In this document: positions 18,942-28,251 of the stretch, piece by piece | Position numbering within the stretch: the stretch's first letter is position 1 | How the letters are laid out: every line of letters starts with the position of its first letter | Origin: Rickettsia typhi | Lineage (GTDB): Bacteria > Pseudomonadota > Alphaproteobacteria > Rickettsiales > UBA1997 | Assembly (NCBI GenBank): GCA_945862455.1 | Contig: CAMAXU010000004.1 | Coordinates: forward strand, 1-63,234 | Length of the DNA stretch: 63,234 nucleotides | Reading direction: 5' to 3' | The notes under the pieces: generated by a model | Database searches by the model: none | What the model saw: the letters and a program-made list of their open reading frames with translations, nothing else | What the model was told of the DNA's origin: nothing | Translations under genes and position numbers: made by a program

Positions 18942-19704
18942 ACTTTTTTCATTGCTGATTTTTACGCTAATCTTTACTGGAGCAAATAATGCTTTGGCAC
19001 AAGAAGCATCAAGCTTTTCTGAAGCAAACTTGTCAGAAAAAATAGCACCAACCAAATCTGATAATAGCAAAACTGCTCCAGCGGAAGTTGCGGTTCCAGG
19101 AAGTAAAACTACGATTATTTCTAATAATAGTTTAGCTAATATGCTGTTAGGAAATAAAATGACTTCATTGATGTTTAGTGATGAAGAAAACAGCAATATC
19201 GAACGTGCTGTAGAATCGTTAAAAAATAACCAAGTTTATTCTCCGGATGAAGGCGAAGGCGAAGCTAAGGCGAAAGCTGAGGCGGATAAGAAAAAAACAG
19301 AAGAAAAAACTGAAAACGAAAAATCCTACATTTACTTAGCTTCAATAATATACTTCAATCCAAAAGATTGGGTAGTTTGGGTTAATGAGCAAAAAATTAC
19401 TCCCGGAATCAATAAAAAAGAAAAAGAGCTTTATTTAACTTCGGTTAATAAAGATAAAGTTTCTATTAGATGGGCGATCAGCGTCAGTAAATGGAAAATT
19501 CTTTCCGGAGCTAAGCTTGACGCCCCCACTCCAGCAGTTAATGAAGATAACAAGATCGTAGTTAATTTTGATTTAAAGCAAAATCAGACTTTTATTTTAA
19601 GCGCAAATAGCGTGGTTGAAGGTAAAGCGGTAGTGGCAATCTTAAAAAAGAAAGAAGAAAGCAGAAAAGCTAAAGAAGCTCAACCTGTGAAAGCAGAACA
19701 GTAA
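18922..19704 (+). CDS. Putative PilP-like periplasmic protein (signal peptide, K/E-rich linker, beta-rich C-terminal domain)
   Basis: 260 aa. Signal peptide LIFTLIFTGANNALA/QE, and a C-terminal YLASIIYFNPKDWVVWVNEQKITPG...VSIRW pattern resembling PilP/GspC HR-type domains. Overlaps the upstream gene by 20 nt. Confidence 0.35.
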   Translation: MRNQLCKLFSLLIFTLIFTGANNALAQEASSFSEANLSEKIAPTKSDNSKTAPAEVAVPGSKTTIISNNSLANMLLGNKMTSLMFSDEENSNIERAVESLKNNQVYSPDEGEGEAKAKAEADKKKTEEKTENEKSYIYLASIIYFNPKDWVVWVNEQKITPGINKKEKELYLTSVNKDKVSIRWAISVSKWKILSGAKLDAPTPAVNEDNKIVVNFDLKQNQTFILSANSVVEGKAVVAILKKKEESRKAKEAQPVKAEQ

Positions 19705-19792
19705 AAAACTGTTTTTAAAAGCCTTTCCAAAAATACAAAGCTAATGCGATCAATAGATTTTTACTCTGATATATACCAAAAAATAGGCATAA

Positions 19793-21166
19793 TTAAAAAA
19801 CCAGCTCACCAACCAAACTACTTGGGCGCGCTTTCAATATTTTAACTTCAGCAATTTGCCCTAAATATTTTTGCGCCTCTTCTTCACTTGCAACGTCAAC
19901 AATAACCGACTGCAAATAAGGCGATTTTCCCCAAAGCTGGGTCGTTGCACGTGATCTTATTTTACCAGATTTCGGCGCTTCTTTTTCAAACAAAACTTTC
20001 ATCACCTGACCTTCCGATTTTTTATTAAATTCGACTTGCTGCTGCGTTAAAAGTTTTTGCAATCTTGCCAAACGTTCATCCTTTACTTTTTCATCAACTT
20101 GAATTTTAGCATCTGCCGCTGGCGTTCCGGGACGCGACGAATATTTAAAAGAATAACATTGCGTGAAACCAATTTTTTCAACCAAATCCAAAGTATCTTC
20201 AAAATCCTGATCTGTTTCTCCAGGAAATCCGACAATAAAATCAGATGATAAACCGATATCCGGCCGCTCTTTTCTAAGATTTTCAATAATCTTAAAATAA
20301 TCCTGACGCGTATGTTTGCGATTCATTCCTTTTAAAACATTGTTCGAACCAGATTGAATCGGCAAATGCAAAAATGGCATTAATTTTTCACTATCACGAT
20401 GCGCCGCTATCAACTCATTCGTCATGTCGCGCGGATGAGAAGTTGTGTAACGAATTCTTTTGATTTCTGGGATTACTGCAATTTTTTCAACTAATTTTGC
20501 CAAAGTTACAACTTCGCCATTTTCATCTAAACCATGATAAGCATTGACGTTTTGACCTAAAAAATAAATTTCTTTAACGCCTTTTTGCGCCAATTTCAAA
20601 GCATCTTCATAAATCTTGTGCGCTTCGCGCGAATATTCAGCGCCGCGAGTGTAAGGCACAACGCAAAAAGTGCAGAATTTATCACAACCTTCTTGCACCG
20701 TCACAAAAGCACTAGCACCAGTTCCAGCATGGGCTTGCGGCAAAATATCGAATTTATCATTGGGCGTAAATTCGAGGTTAATTTGTTTTTTCTTGTCGCG
20801 AATAACTTTTCCCACCAGATCAGGCAAGCTTTGATAACTTTCTGGTCCCACGATAATATCAACTACATTTGATCTTCTAAAAATTTCTTCACCTTCGGCT
20901 TGAGCCACGCAACCAGCAACCGCAACGATCATTTGATTTCCGGCATTTTTCATTTTTTCTTTATGCGGACGAATGCGACCTAAATCAGAAAATAATTTTT
21001 CCGAAGCCTTTTCGCGAATATGACAAGTATTAATGATAACCATATCGGCACCTTCCGGAGTTTCGATAGTTTCATATCCAACCGCATTCATTAAATCTTG
21101 CATACGATCTGAATCATAAACATTCATTTGGCAGCCGTAGGTTTTGATGTGTAATTTTTTTGTCAT
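19793..21166 (-). CDS. miaB: tRNA-i6A37 methylthiotransferase
   Basis: Radical-SAM motif CDKFCTFC, MTTase N-terminus IKTYGCQMNVYDS, and a TRAM C-terminus. I prefer the ATG at 21166 (MTKKLHIKTYGCQMN). The track start at 21238 would overlap the upstream gene. Confidence 0.92.
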   Translation of the reverse strand: MTKKLHIKTYGCQMNVYDSDRMQDLMNAVGYETIETPEGADMVIINTCHIREKASEKLFSDLGRIRPHKEKMKNAGNQMIVAVAGCVAQAEGEEIFRRSNVVDIIVGPESYQSLPDLVGKVIRDKKKQINLEFTPNDKFDILPQAHAGTGASAFVTVQEGCDKFCTFCVVPYTRGAEYSREAHKIYEDALKLAQKGVKEIYFLGQNVNAYHGLDENGEVVTLAKLVEKIAVIPEIKRIRYTTSHPRDMTNELIAAHRDSEKLMPFLHLPIQSGSNNVLKGMNRKHTRQDYFKIIENLRKERPDIGLSSDFIVGFPGETDQDFEDTLDLVEKIGFTQCYSFKYSSRPGTPAADAKIQVDEKVKDERLARLQKLLTQQQVEFNKKSEGQVMKVLFEKEAPKSGKIRSRATTQLWGKSPYLQSVIVDVASEEEAQKYLGQIAEVKILKARPSSLVGELVF

Positions 21167-21170
21167 TTTT

Positions 21171-21932
21171 TCATTTGTTTTTATTACGAGCCAGATTTTC
21201 CCTCCATCCCGTAACTGTAACGACTTCAAAAGTCGCAATTCCGGATGGATAAATTCTTTTATAATTTTGCGAAATTTTTTGCAAAAATTTCTTCGTAAAA
21301 AACTTACGCGAACGCTTAGTCAAAATATTACCCTGACCCATCATTTTCAAATCTTTTAACAGATTTAAGGGATCAGAATATTCCACCTCAATTTTGGCAA
21401 AATCTGAAATTGGATTTTGAAAACCAGCTTTTTGCAATAAACTCGCCGCAGTTTTTACATCAATTGTCGGCGGCATTCTTGGTGAAACGCCATTGTAAAT
21501 TTCATTTTCCGTTTCGTATAAAACGTGAGCTAATTCGCTTAAATTTTCTTCACCAAAAAAGCTGGCGATAAAAACGCCGCCCGGCTTTAACACTTCTTTA
21601 ACATTTATTAAAAATTGCGGAATTTGATTTATGTAATGAAAGTTGAGATTACTTAGAATCAAATCAAAAGATTCTTTTTCAAAAGGCAAAATCTCCGCAT
21701 CTTCCATAAATTTATATGGCGCGCCAGCTTTATTTACAAGCTTCGACAAATAATCATCCATCGCGCCAATTTCTAAAATATCATTAAATTCACGATTCAA
21801 AAACTTAACATTTTCGGCAATTCTATTTGCAACTTCATGATATAAAAAATTATGATCTAAAAACTTCGAGCGCGCGCGCAACTTATTTTGACGCAACAAA
21901 TCGCGATCGAACAAAACCTCTTGAATCATCAC
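21171..21932 (-). CDS. Class-I SAM-dependent methyltransferase (BioC/NDUFAF5-like)
   Basis: 253 aa. Motif I ILEIGAMDD, FDLILSNLNFHYINQIP, and LKPGGVFIASFFG. Confidence 0.75.
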   Translation of the reverse strand: MMIQEVLFDRDLLRQNKLRARSKFLDHNFLYHEVANRIAENVKFLNREFNDILEIGAMDDYLSKLVNKAGAPYKFMEDAEILPFEKESFDLILSNLNFHYINQIPQFLINVKEVLKPGGVFIASFFGEENLSELAHVLYETENEIYNGVSPRMPPTIDVKTAASLLQKAGFQNPISDFAKIEVEYSDPLNLLKDLKMMGQGNILTKRSRKFFTKKFLQKISQNYKRIYPSGIATFEVVTVTGWRENLARNKNK

Positions 21933-21938
21933 TTCGAA

Positions 21939-22667
21939 ATGAAAATTTTAAAAAAAATATCGGAAATTATTTTTCCGAATCACTGCCTTTCCTGCGAGAA
22001 AATTATCAGTATTGACGGCTTATTTTGTGAAAGTTGCTGGCTGAAATTACAATTCATCTGCGAACCTAAATGCATAATTTGCGCTTATCCGTTTGAGTTT
22101 CAAGGTTTGAATTTAATTTGTGGAAAATGCTTAACCAAAAAACCCGCCTTTGATCGCGTAATCACGATTTTTCGTTATGATGATATTTTAAAAAAAATTG
22201 TTGGATCAATGAAATATCGCGATCAAACTTTTTTAGCTAAGAAATTTGCACGAATTCTTTTTGATAAATCAAAAAATGAAATTAAGGATTGCGACCTTGT
22301 GGTTGCAGTTCCACTTCATGTTTCGCGATTACGAAAAAGAAAATTTAATCAGGCAGTTTTATTGTCAAAAAATCTACTGAAATTAACACCAAAAATGCAG
22401 TTTTTTCCTGATTTAATGGTGAGAATTAAAGATACAAAATCGCAGATTTTTTTGAAGAAAAAAGAACGCGAAAATAATTTAAAAAATGTTTTTGCGGTGA
22501 ATAAAAAATATTTAGGAATCATAAAAGGTAAAAATATTTTATTAGTTGATGACGTGATGACAACAGGCGCAACGGTTGATAATTGCGCTAAAATTCTAAA
22601 AAAACACGGCGCGAAAAAAGTGAAAGTTTTGACAATTGCCAAAACTATTTTTGGAAATGTTAATTAA
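21939..22667 (+). CDS. comF: ComF-family protein (phosphoribosyltransferase domain)
   Basis: N-terminal Cys clusters (CLSC..., CESC) and the PRTase motif ILLVDDVMTTGAT. I prefer the ATG at 21939. The track start at 21888 overlaps the divergent methyltransferase. Confidence 0.85.
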   Translation: MKILKKISEIIFPNHCLSCEKIISIDGLFCESCWLKLQFICEPKCIICAYPFEFQGLNLICGKCLTKKPAFDRVITIFRYDDILKKIVGSMKYRDQTFLAKKFARILFDKSKNEIKDCDLVVAVPLHVSRLRKRKFNQAVLLSKNLLKLTPKMQFFPDLMVRIKDTKSQIFLKKKERENNLKNVFAVNKKYLGIIKGKNILLVDDVMTTGATVDNCAKILKKHGAKKVKVLTIAKTIFGNVN

Positions 22668-22937
22668 ATTTCCTTGCACCAACTTTGCTTTTTTTTCGCC
22701 ATGATATTCACGTTCCAGAGCGTTATTTTTACTTTGGTATTTTTCACAAAAAACGAAAGCAAGCATTAATAATAAAAAATAATGCGCGATTTAAAGGGGT
22801 TTTGATGCGAGATTTGCGACAGGCTCTTTGGGTGTTTATGAATATTAGTTAAGAAATGGGTTGATTTTTTTAGGAAGAGCATAATAGGTTTTTTAGAGCG
22901 CACTTAATCACAATTGATAACAATAAAAGATATTAAT

Positions 22938-24281
22938 ATGCCAATTTCTGAAGAGCTTTTACAAAGAATTCGAGATAATGATTCAACTCTGACAAGTCTT
23001 GATCTTAGAGATAATCAAATCGGGGTCGAAGGAGCCCAAGCCCTAGCAAGCGCACTTAAGCATAATACAACTCTGGCAGAACTTAATCTTGAACGAAGTC
23101 AAATCGAAAAAGAAGGAGCCGAAGCTATAGCAGAAGTATTTACATCTAATTTCAATACAAATCTAAGATCTCTTAATCTTAACGGAAACCGAATCGGAAA
23201 CGAAGGAGTCAAAGCTATATTAGAAGGACTTAAGCATAATAAAACTGTGAGACATCTTGATCTTGAGTCTAATCAAATCGGAAGTGAAGGAGTTAAATTC
23301 ATAGCAGACGAACTTAAGACTAATAAAATTCTGAGAAGTCTTGATCTTGCTTCTAACCTAATCGGAAATGAAGGAGCTGAATTCATAGCAGAAGCACTTA
23401 AGACTAATACAATTCTGAAAAGTCTTAATCTTAAGGGTAACCAAATCTCAGATGAAGGAGCAATAGCCCTAGCAAGCGGAATTGAGTTTAATACAACCCT
23501 GTTTCATCTTAATCTTGTGTCGAACTTCCGAATCGTAAATCAAGGAGAAAATAGAGCGACAGAAACAATATCCGAAATAAAAAGAGAAGACATATCAAAA
23601 ATAGCAAGAGGAAACCTTGTAACTCCTTCTATCAGTTACATCATGCGCAGAATAATATTTGATAATTCAGAAGAAGAATTTTCTGATAGTTACATCAGCT
23701 TTATTTTAGGTAACTCTCGTTCCATAGATTGTGTTAAAATTTTAGAGAATCTTGTAAGAGATCAACCTAATGAAAATATCCCGAATGTTTTGCAAAAAGT
23801 ACAAAATATGAAGGGAGCAATAGGGGCGACAATATTACTAAAAGCTATTGAAGCGCTAGAAAGCGGCTTATCTCGAAATAAACTTAACTTACCAGAAGAT
23901 AAGTTAAAATTGATAACAGATCAATTAATTGAAAATGAATTATCAAACTTTTTAAGAGCAGGTGCGGTTACAAAAGAAGGGGTTAAAGGCGGCTTGTCTT
24001 GTAACCCTAACTTGTCTCGTAACTCTGAAAAAATTTTATTAAGTACAGATCCCCAAAAGCTTATTTTAGAATTTCTAGACGGAAAAAATACAAGAATACC
24101 TCCTTCACCTACAAACGATGAAGCATTAATAAATAATGCAGAAGCCGCTGAAACATCAGAGCCTGATGAATCAATGGCGGATATTCGTTCTACTACACCT
24201 ACAACCTCTGTAACTCCAAATACAGCCGGCAATTTAAGAGGAAGAGTAGGAGTAGGAGGAGGATGCTGTACAGTCAACTAA
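22938..24281 (+). CDS. Eukaryote-like RNI/ribonuclease-inhibitor-type leucine-rich-repeat protein with a C-terminal CaaX-like tail
   Basis: Six full and one partial 28-aa repeat, LxxLxLxxNxIGxEGaxxLaxaLkxNxt. A ~190-aa unassigned domain follows, then a P/T/S-rich tail, ending GGGCCTVN-stop. The track start is the TTG at 22914 and the first ATG is at 22938. Confidence 0.85.
   Translation: MPISEELLQRIRDNDSTLTSLDLRDNQIGVEGAQALASALKHNTTLAELNLERSQIEKEGAEAIAEVFTSNFNTNLRSLNLNGNRIGNEGVKAILEGLKHNKTVRHLDLESNQIGSEGVKFIADELKTNKILRSLDLASNLIGNEGAEFIAEALKTNTILKSLNLKGNQISDEGAIALASGIEFNTTLFHLNLVSNFRIVNQGENRATETISEIKREDISKIARGNLVTPSISYIMRRIIFDNSEEEFSDSYISFILGNSRSIDCVKILENLVRDQPNENIPNVLQKVQNMKGAIGATILLKAIEALESGLSRNKLNLPEDKLKLITDQLIENELSNFLRAGAVTKEGVKGGLSCNPNLSRNSEKILLSTDPQKLILEFLDGKNTRIPPSPTNDEALINNAEAAETSEPDESMADIRSTTPTTSVTPNTAGNLRGRVGVGGGCCTVN
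22989..23543 (+). repeat. 84-bp periodic coding repeats (LRR units)
   Basis: DNA and protein periodicity is visible. For example CTTGATCTT...AATCAAATCGG...GAAGGAG recurs about every 84 nt. Confidence 0.8.
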
Positions 24282-24488
24282 CGCCATTACTAATAAATCA
24301 CAATCTTGCCCAAAAACTTGTTATGCAAATAGTGCAGAGCTTTATTTGCACTTTCTCAAATCAATGAAAATAGAGCGCGGCAGAAGAGCAAGGTTTTAAA
24401 TATTTTATAAAGCCTTGATTTTACTATCTCATTTTATCACTTTTACGCGACAAATAGTTTAAGGCTACAGATTATTTATTTCAAAATT

Positions 24489-25232
24489 TTATTTACTCAA
24501 TTGATCTAAAACCGCTTGCGATTTTTTTGTCCAAACATCTGAATTTTCTTCGCAAAAATGGCGATTAAAAACTCTTGTCAAAGCTTGCATTTCATCATCA
24601 AAACTCTCATTTAAATAAACAACTTTATAGCCAAATTTTTTAAGCTTTTCTTTGATCTTTAGAATTTCAGAAGCTTCATTTCCAATCTCAAATAATTTTT
24701 CTTCTGCTCCAAAAATATTGACAAAAATCCCAACTCCATTCTCCGCCAAAAAACGCCAGTCAAATAAATATGACGGATCTTGTTTGCGGTCTAAAAATCC
24801 AGTTTCTTTAACATAACCAATATCAGAATGTCCAACAACATTCTCGGGCTTTAAATGATATTTCTGCATCAAATATTGGCAAAGTTTTAACCCAGCTTGC
24901 AGCTGAATTTTTTCAAATTTTTTTTCAAAAGGCGCGCTGTTAATAAATTCAATGCCAATCGAATTTTTATTTAAACTTTCAAAACCTTGCCAGAAGCTTA
25001 TTCCCGCGTGATAAGCGACATCATTTTCATCAACTAATTCAAAGACTCTTCCATCTTCAGCAATTAAAAAATGCGCACTAACGCCATGCTTTTCAAACTG
25101 CTTCACTGCATGTTCGACCGAATTAGCTTCAACATGATGGAGCACCAAAAAATCAATTTTTCTGTTTTCATTTTTCTTTTCGAAAAATTCTGAAAATTTT
25201 TTACTTTTATCAATCAGCATAATTTTTGACAT
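24489..25232 (-). CDS. ampD: N-acetylmuramoyl-L-alanine amidase (AmpD/Amidase_2) with a C-terminal peptidoglycan-binding-like domain
   Basis: FLVLHH...AHFLI..DG.....V....AYHAG.S.W........NSIGIE and HSDI motifs. The tail LKIKEKLKKFGYKV...DDEMQALTRVFNRHF resembles PG_binding_1. The start is ambiguous: ATG at 25232 or 25220, while the track uses the TTG at 25262. Confidence 0.8.
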   Translation of the reverse strand: MSKIMLIDKSKKFSEFFEKKNENRKIDFLVLHHVEANSVEHAVKQFEKHGVSAHFLIAEDGRVFELVDENDVAYHAGISFWQGFESLNKNSIGIEFINSAPFEKKFEKIQLQAGLKLCQYLMQKYHLKPENVVGHSDIGYVKETGFLDRKQDPSYLFDWRFLAENGVGIFVNIFGAEEKLFEIGNEASEILKIKEKLKKFGYKVVYLNESFDDEMQALTRVFNRHFCEENSDVWTKKSQAVLDQLSK

Positions 25233-25299
25233 TAAAATTCTTAAAACTAAGTTGCGCCGCAATTCACTTACGTTACTTCAAACATTTAAAAATCTATTT

Positions 25300-27603
25300 A
25301 TGGCTAGCAAAAAAGACACTTCAAAAAACAGCGCAAAATCTAACTTGGCAACCAAAAACTCAAAAGATCTTGAAGCCTTACAATTTCATACTCAAGGACA
25401 GCCCGGAAAAGTTGCAATGCACGCAACTAAACCACTTAACACTCAACGCGATTTAGCTTTGGCTTATTCTCCCGGCGTTGCAATTCCTTGTTTGGAAATT
25501 CAAAAAAACCCTGATTTAGCTTACGATTACACTTCTAAAGGAAATTACGTTGCAGTTATTTCAAACGGAACCGCAGTTCTTGGACTTGGAAATTTAGGCG
25601 CTCTCGCTGGAAAACCAGTTATGGAGGGTAAATCAGTTTTATTTAAAAGATTCGCCGACATCGATTCAGTTGATATCGAAGTTGACACCGAAAACACCGA
25701 CGAATTTATCAACGCTGTTAAATATTTAGGCCCAACTTGGGGCGGCATTAATCTTGAAGATATCAAGGCTCCAGAATGCTTTATCATTGAAAGCAAACTT
25801 CGTGAAATCATGGATATTCCAGTTTTTCATGACGATCAACATGGAACTGCAATCATCTCTGCCGCTGGCATTATCAACGCTTTACACATTTCAGGTAAAA
25901 AATTTAAAGATATTAAAGTTGTAGTGAACGGCGCTGGTGCTGCTGGTATAGCTTGTTTAGAACTTTTAAAAGCAATGGGCTTGCCACATGACAACGCAAT
26001 TTTATGCGATACCAAAGGCACAATTTACAAAGGCAGAACTGAAGGCATGAACCAATGGAAATCAGCTCACGCCGCCAACACCAAAGCGCGCACACTTACT
26101 GAAGCAATGAAAGGAGCTGACGTGTTTTTAGGTCTTTCAGTTAAAGGTGCTGTTACCAAAGAAATGGTAAAATCAATGGCGAAAAATCCGGTGATTTTTG
26201 CTATGGCCAATCCAGATCCAGAAATTACTCCAGAAGAAGTTTACGCAACTCGCAACGATGCAATTGTTGCTACAGGTCGTTCTGATTACGAAAACCAAGT
26301 TAATAACGTAATGGGTTTTCCTTACATTTTCCGCGGTGCTTTAGATGTTCGTGCTTCAACTATTAATGAAGAAATGAAAATCGCTGCAGCTCATGCAATT
26401 GCAGAACTTGCTCGCGAACATGTTCCGGCTGAAGTTATCAAAGCTTATGGTGGCCGCGACATGAAATTTGGTCCGCGTTACATTATTCCAACTCCATTCG
26501 ATGCACGCTTGATTAGCGTCGTTCCATTGGCGGTTGCTAAAGCTGCGGTTGAAACTGGAGTTGCCAGAAAACCAATTAAAGATTGGGATGCTTATAAAAA
26601 ACAACTGCAAGCGCGTCGCGACCCTTCAATGAACAGCTTGAGCATGATTTTTGAAAAGCTTGAAAGAAGCCCGAAAAAAATAATTTTTGCTGAAGGTGAA
26701 CAACCAGAAATGATTCGCGTTGCTGCAATGTGGCGCGATAGCGGTTATGGCTTGCCAATTCTTGTTGGAAAAAAAGACCGCATTTTGGAAAATATGAAAG
26801 AAGCAAATATCACTCCTAACGGAATTGAAATTTACAACGCCGCAATTTCTGAAGAAAATGCTAAATTCACTGATTACCTTTACCAAAAATTGCAAAGAAA
26901 TGGCGTGCTTCGCTCAGACTGCGCGCGCATGGTAAAAAATGATCGCAACATTTTTGCCGCTTCAATGCTGGCTTGCGGACATGGCGACGCTTTAATTACA
27001 GGCTTAACTCGCGGTTATCGTCAATCTTTGACTGACGTTTGGAAAGTTTTGAAAAACAAAAAAGATAATATCGTTCTTGGTATTTCAATGGTGATTTCAA
27101 AAGGCAAAACTATCTTCATTTCTGACACCGCTTGTTCAGAACTTTCTTCATCGGAACATTTAGCTGACATCGCAATCCAAACTGCCAAAAAAGTGCGCGA
27201 TATGGGTTACGAACCAAGAGTTGCTTTCTTGTCATTTTCAAATTTTGGTTCAGCTCTAAAAGTTGAATCAAGCCGCATTAAACATGCTGTCGAAATTTTG
27301 GATGGCATGAAAAAAATTGATTTCGAATATGATGGCGAAATGACTGCTGACGTGGCTTTAAACATGGATAAAATGGCGAGATATCCATTTAGCCGTTTAA
27401 CCGCACCGGCAAATATTTTAATTTGCCCAGGTTTGCACTCAGCTTCAATTGCCACTAAACTTTTAGAAGAAGTTGGAAATTGCACAGTTATCGGCCCAAT
27501 CTTGGATGGTTTTGAAAAATCAGTTCAGATTGTGACGATGAATAGTTCGGTTAATGATATTTTAAACATGGCGGCGATTGCAGCTACTAGCTCTTCTAAA
27601 TAA
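25300..27603 (+). CDS. maeB: NADP-dependent malic enzyme with a phosphate-acetyltransferase-like C-terminal domain
   Basis: About 767 aa from the ATG at 25300 (MASKKD...). The malic-enzyme NAD(P) domain has VVNGAGAAGIA, and a PTA-like C-terminal half follows. Confidence 0.92.
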   Translation: MASKKDTSKNSAKSNLATKNSKDLEALQFHTQGQPGKVAMHATKPLNTQRDLALAYSPGVAIPCLEIQKNPDLAYDYTSKGNYVAVISNGTAVLGLGNLGALAGKPVMEGKSVLFKRFADIDSVDIEVDTENTDEFINAVKYLGPTWGGINLEDIKAPECFIIESKLREIMDIPVFHDDQHGTAIISAAGIINALHISGKKFKDIKVVVNGAGAAGIACLELLKAMGLPHDNAILCDTKGTIYKGRTEGMNQWKSAHAANTKARTLTEAMKGADVFLGLSVKGAVTKEMVKSMAKNPVIFAMANPDPEITPEEVYATRNDAIVATGRSDYENQVNNVMGFPYIFRGALDVRASTINEEMKIAAAHAIAELAREHVPAEVIKAYGGRDMKFGPRYIIPTPFDARLISVVPLAVAKAAVETGVARKPIKDWDAYKKQLQARRDPSMNSLSMIFEKLERSPKKIIFAEGEQPEMIRVAAMWRDSGYGLPILVGKKDRILENMKEANITPNGIEIYNAAISEENAKFTDYLYQKLQRNGVLRSDCARMVKNDRNIFAASMLACGHGDALITGLTRGYRQSLTDVWKVLKNKKDNIVLGISMVISKGKTIFISDTACSELSSSEHLADIAIQTAKKVRDMGYEPRVAFLSFSNFGSALKVESSRIKHAVEILDGMKKIDFEYDGEMTADVALNMDKMARYPFSRLTAPANILICPGLHSASIATKLLEEVGNCTVIGPILDGFEKSVQIVTMNSSVNDILNMAAIAATSSSK

Positions 27604-27618
27604 CTTTTAAAAATTTAT

Positions 27619-27990
27619 ATGTCTGACGCAGGAGAATCTTCAAATCAAGCGGCGAGATTGTCTCTTGAAAATCATAATGCTTCGAGCGGGAGTAATCTTG
27701 GACATTCTGATGGTGGAGCAGCAATGCCAATTCCCGTCGGAGATGTGAACGCCAATTTTACATTGGGAGGAATTGATAGTACTGGATTATTTGCTGCAAC
27801 AAAACAAGGGACTCTGAGTTCTAATCCCGTCGATACTTTTGAAGGACTTGCTCCTGTTCAAAATATTGGAAAAGCTGTTCCTATTGAAGTACAACCTCAT
27901 TTTGGTCACGGAGATTCTTTCAAGGCTCCTACCATTGCTGGAGATACTCAAATAAAACCAGCGGGACTATTTGGTGCTCAAGGACATTAA
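27619..27990 (+). CDS. Hypothetical G/S/A-rich, probably disordered protein
   Basis: 123 aa with no TM segment or signal peptide. Composition is richer in G+C than the surroundings. GLFA and GLFG motifs are present. The stop lies 3 nt before the DUF1674 ORF start. Confidence 0.45.
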   Translation: MSDAGESSNQAARLSLENHNASSGSNLGHSDGGAAMPIPVGDVNANFTLGGIDSTGLFAATKQGTLSSNPVDTFEGLAPVQNIGKAVPIEVQPHFGHGDSFKAPTIAGDTQIKPAGLFGAQGH

Positions 27991-27993
27991 GAT

Positions 27994-28158
27994 ATGAAAA
28001 ATCAGGAAAATTTAGAACAGAAAAAATGCGGCGAATCTTGCGAATGCAAAACTGTTAATGATGTAAAAAAAGAAGAAATAAAAGTGGAAGAAAAAGTCGA
28101 ACAAGATCCGACTCGTTTTGGTGATTGGCAGGTTAATGGAAGAGCAATTGATTTTTAA
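27994..28158 (+). CDS. DUF1674 / SDHAF4-like small protein (succinate dehydrogenase assembly factor 4 homologue)
   Basis: My own translation gives 54 aa, below the track cutoff: MKNQENLEQKKCGESCECKTVNDVKKEEIKVEEKVEQDPTRFGDWQVNGRAIDF. The C-terminus matches the family signature PTR(Y/F)GDW...GR.IDF as I recall it. Confidence 0.75.
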   Translation: MKNQENLEQKKCGESCECKTVNDVKKEEIKVEEKVEQDPTRFGDWQVNGRAIDF

Positions 28159-28251
28159 GAGTTAGATTATGGAAATTGGTTAATCTATTAAATTACGGAG
28201 AAAATAATCAATTAACTCAACACTCTCTGGGAATAATTAAAAAACTTGATT

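Noticed and set aside
21166-21238. 24-codon N-terminal extension of miaB in the ORF track (MRLLKSLQLRDGGKIWLVIKTNEK).
   Set aside because: The extension overlaps the upstream methyltransferase gene. The conserved MiaB N-terminus (MTKKLHIKTYGCQMN) begins at the ATG at 21166, 5 nt after that gene's stop.
23921-24277. 118-aa minus-strand ORF antisense to the tail of the LRR gene.
   Set aside because: It is the antisense shadow of the P/T/S-rich region of a strongly supported plus-strand gene, and it has no independent signals.
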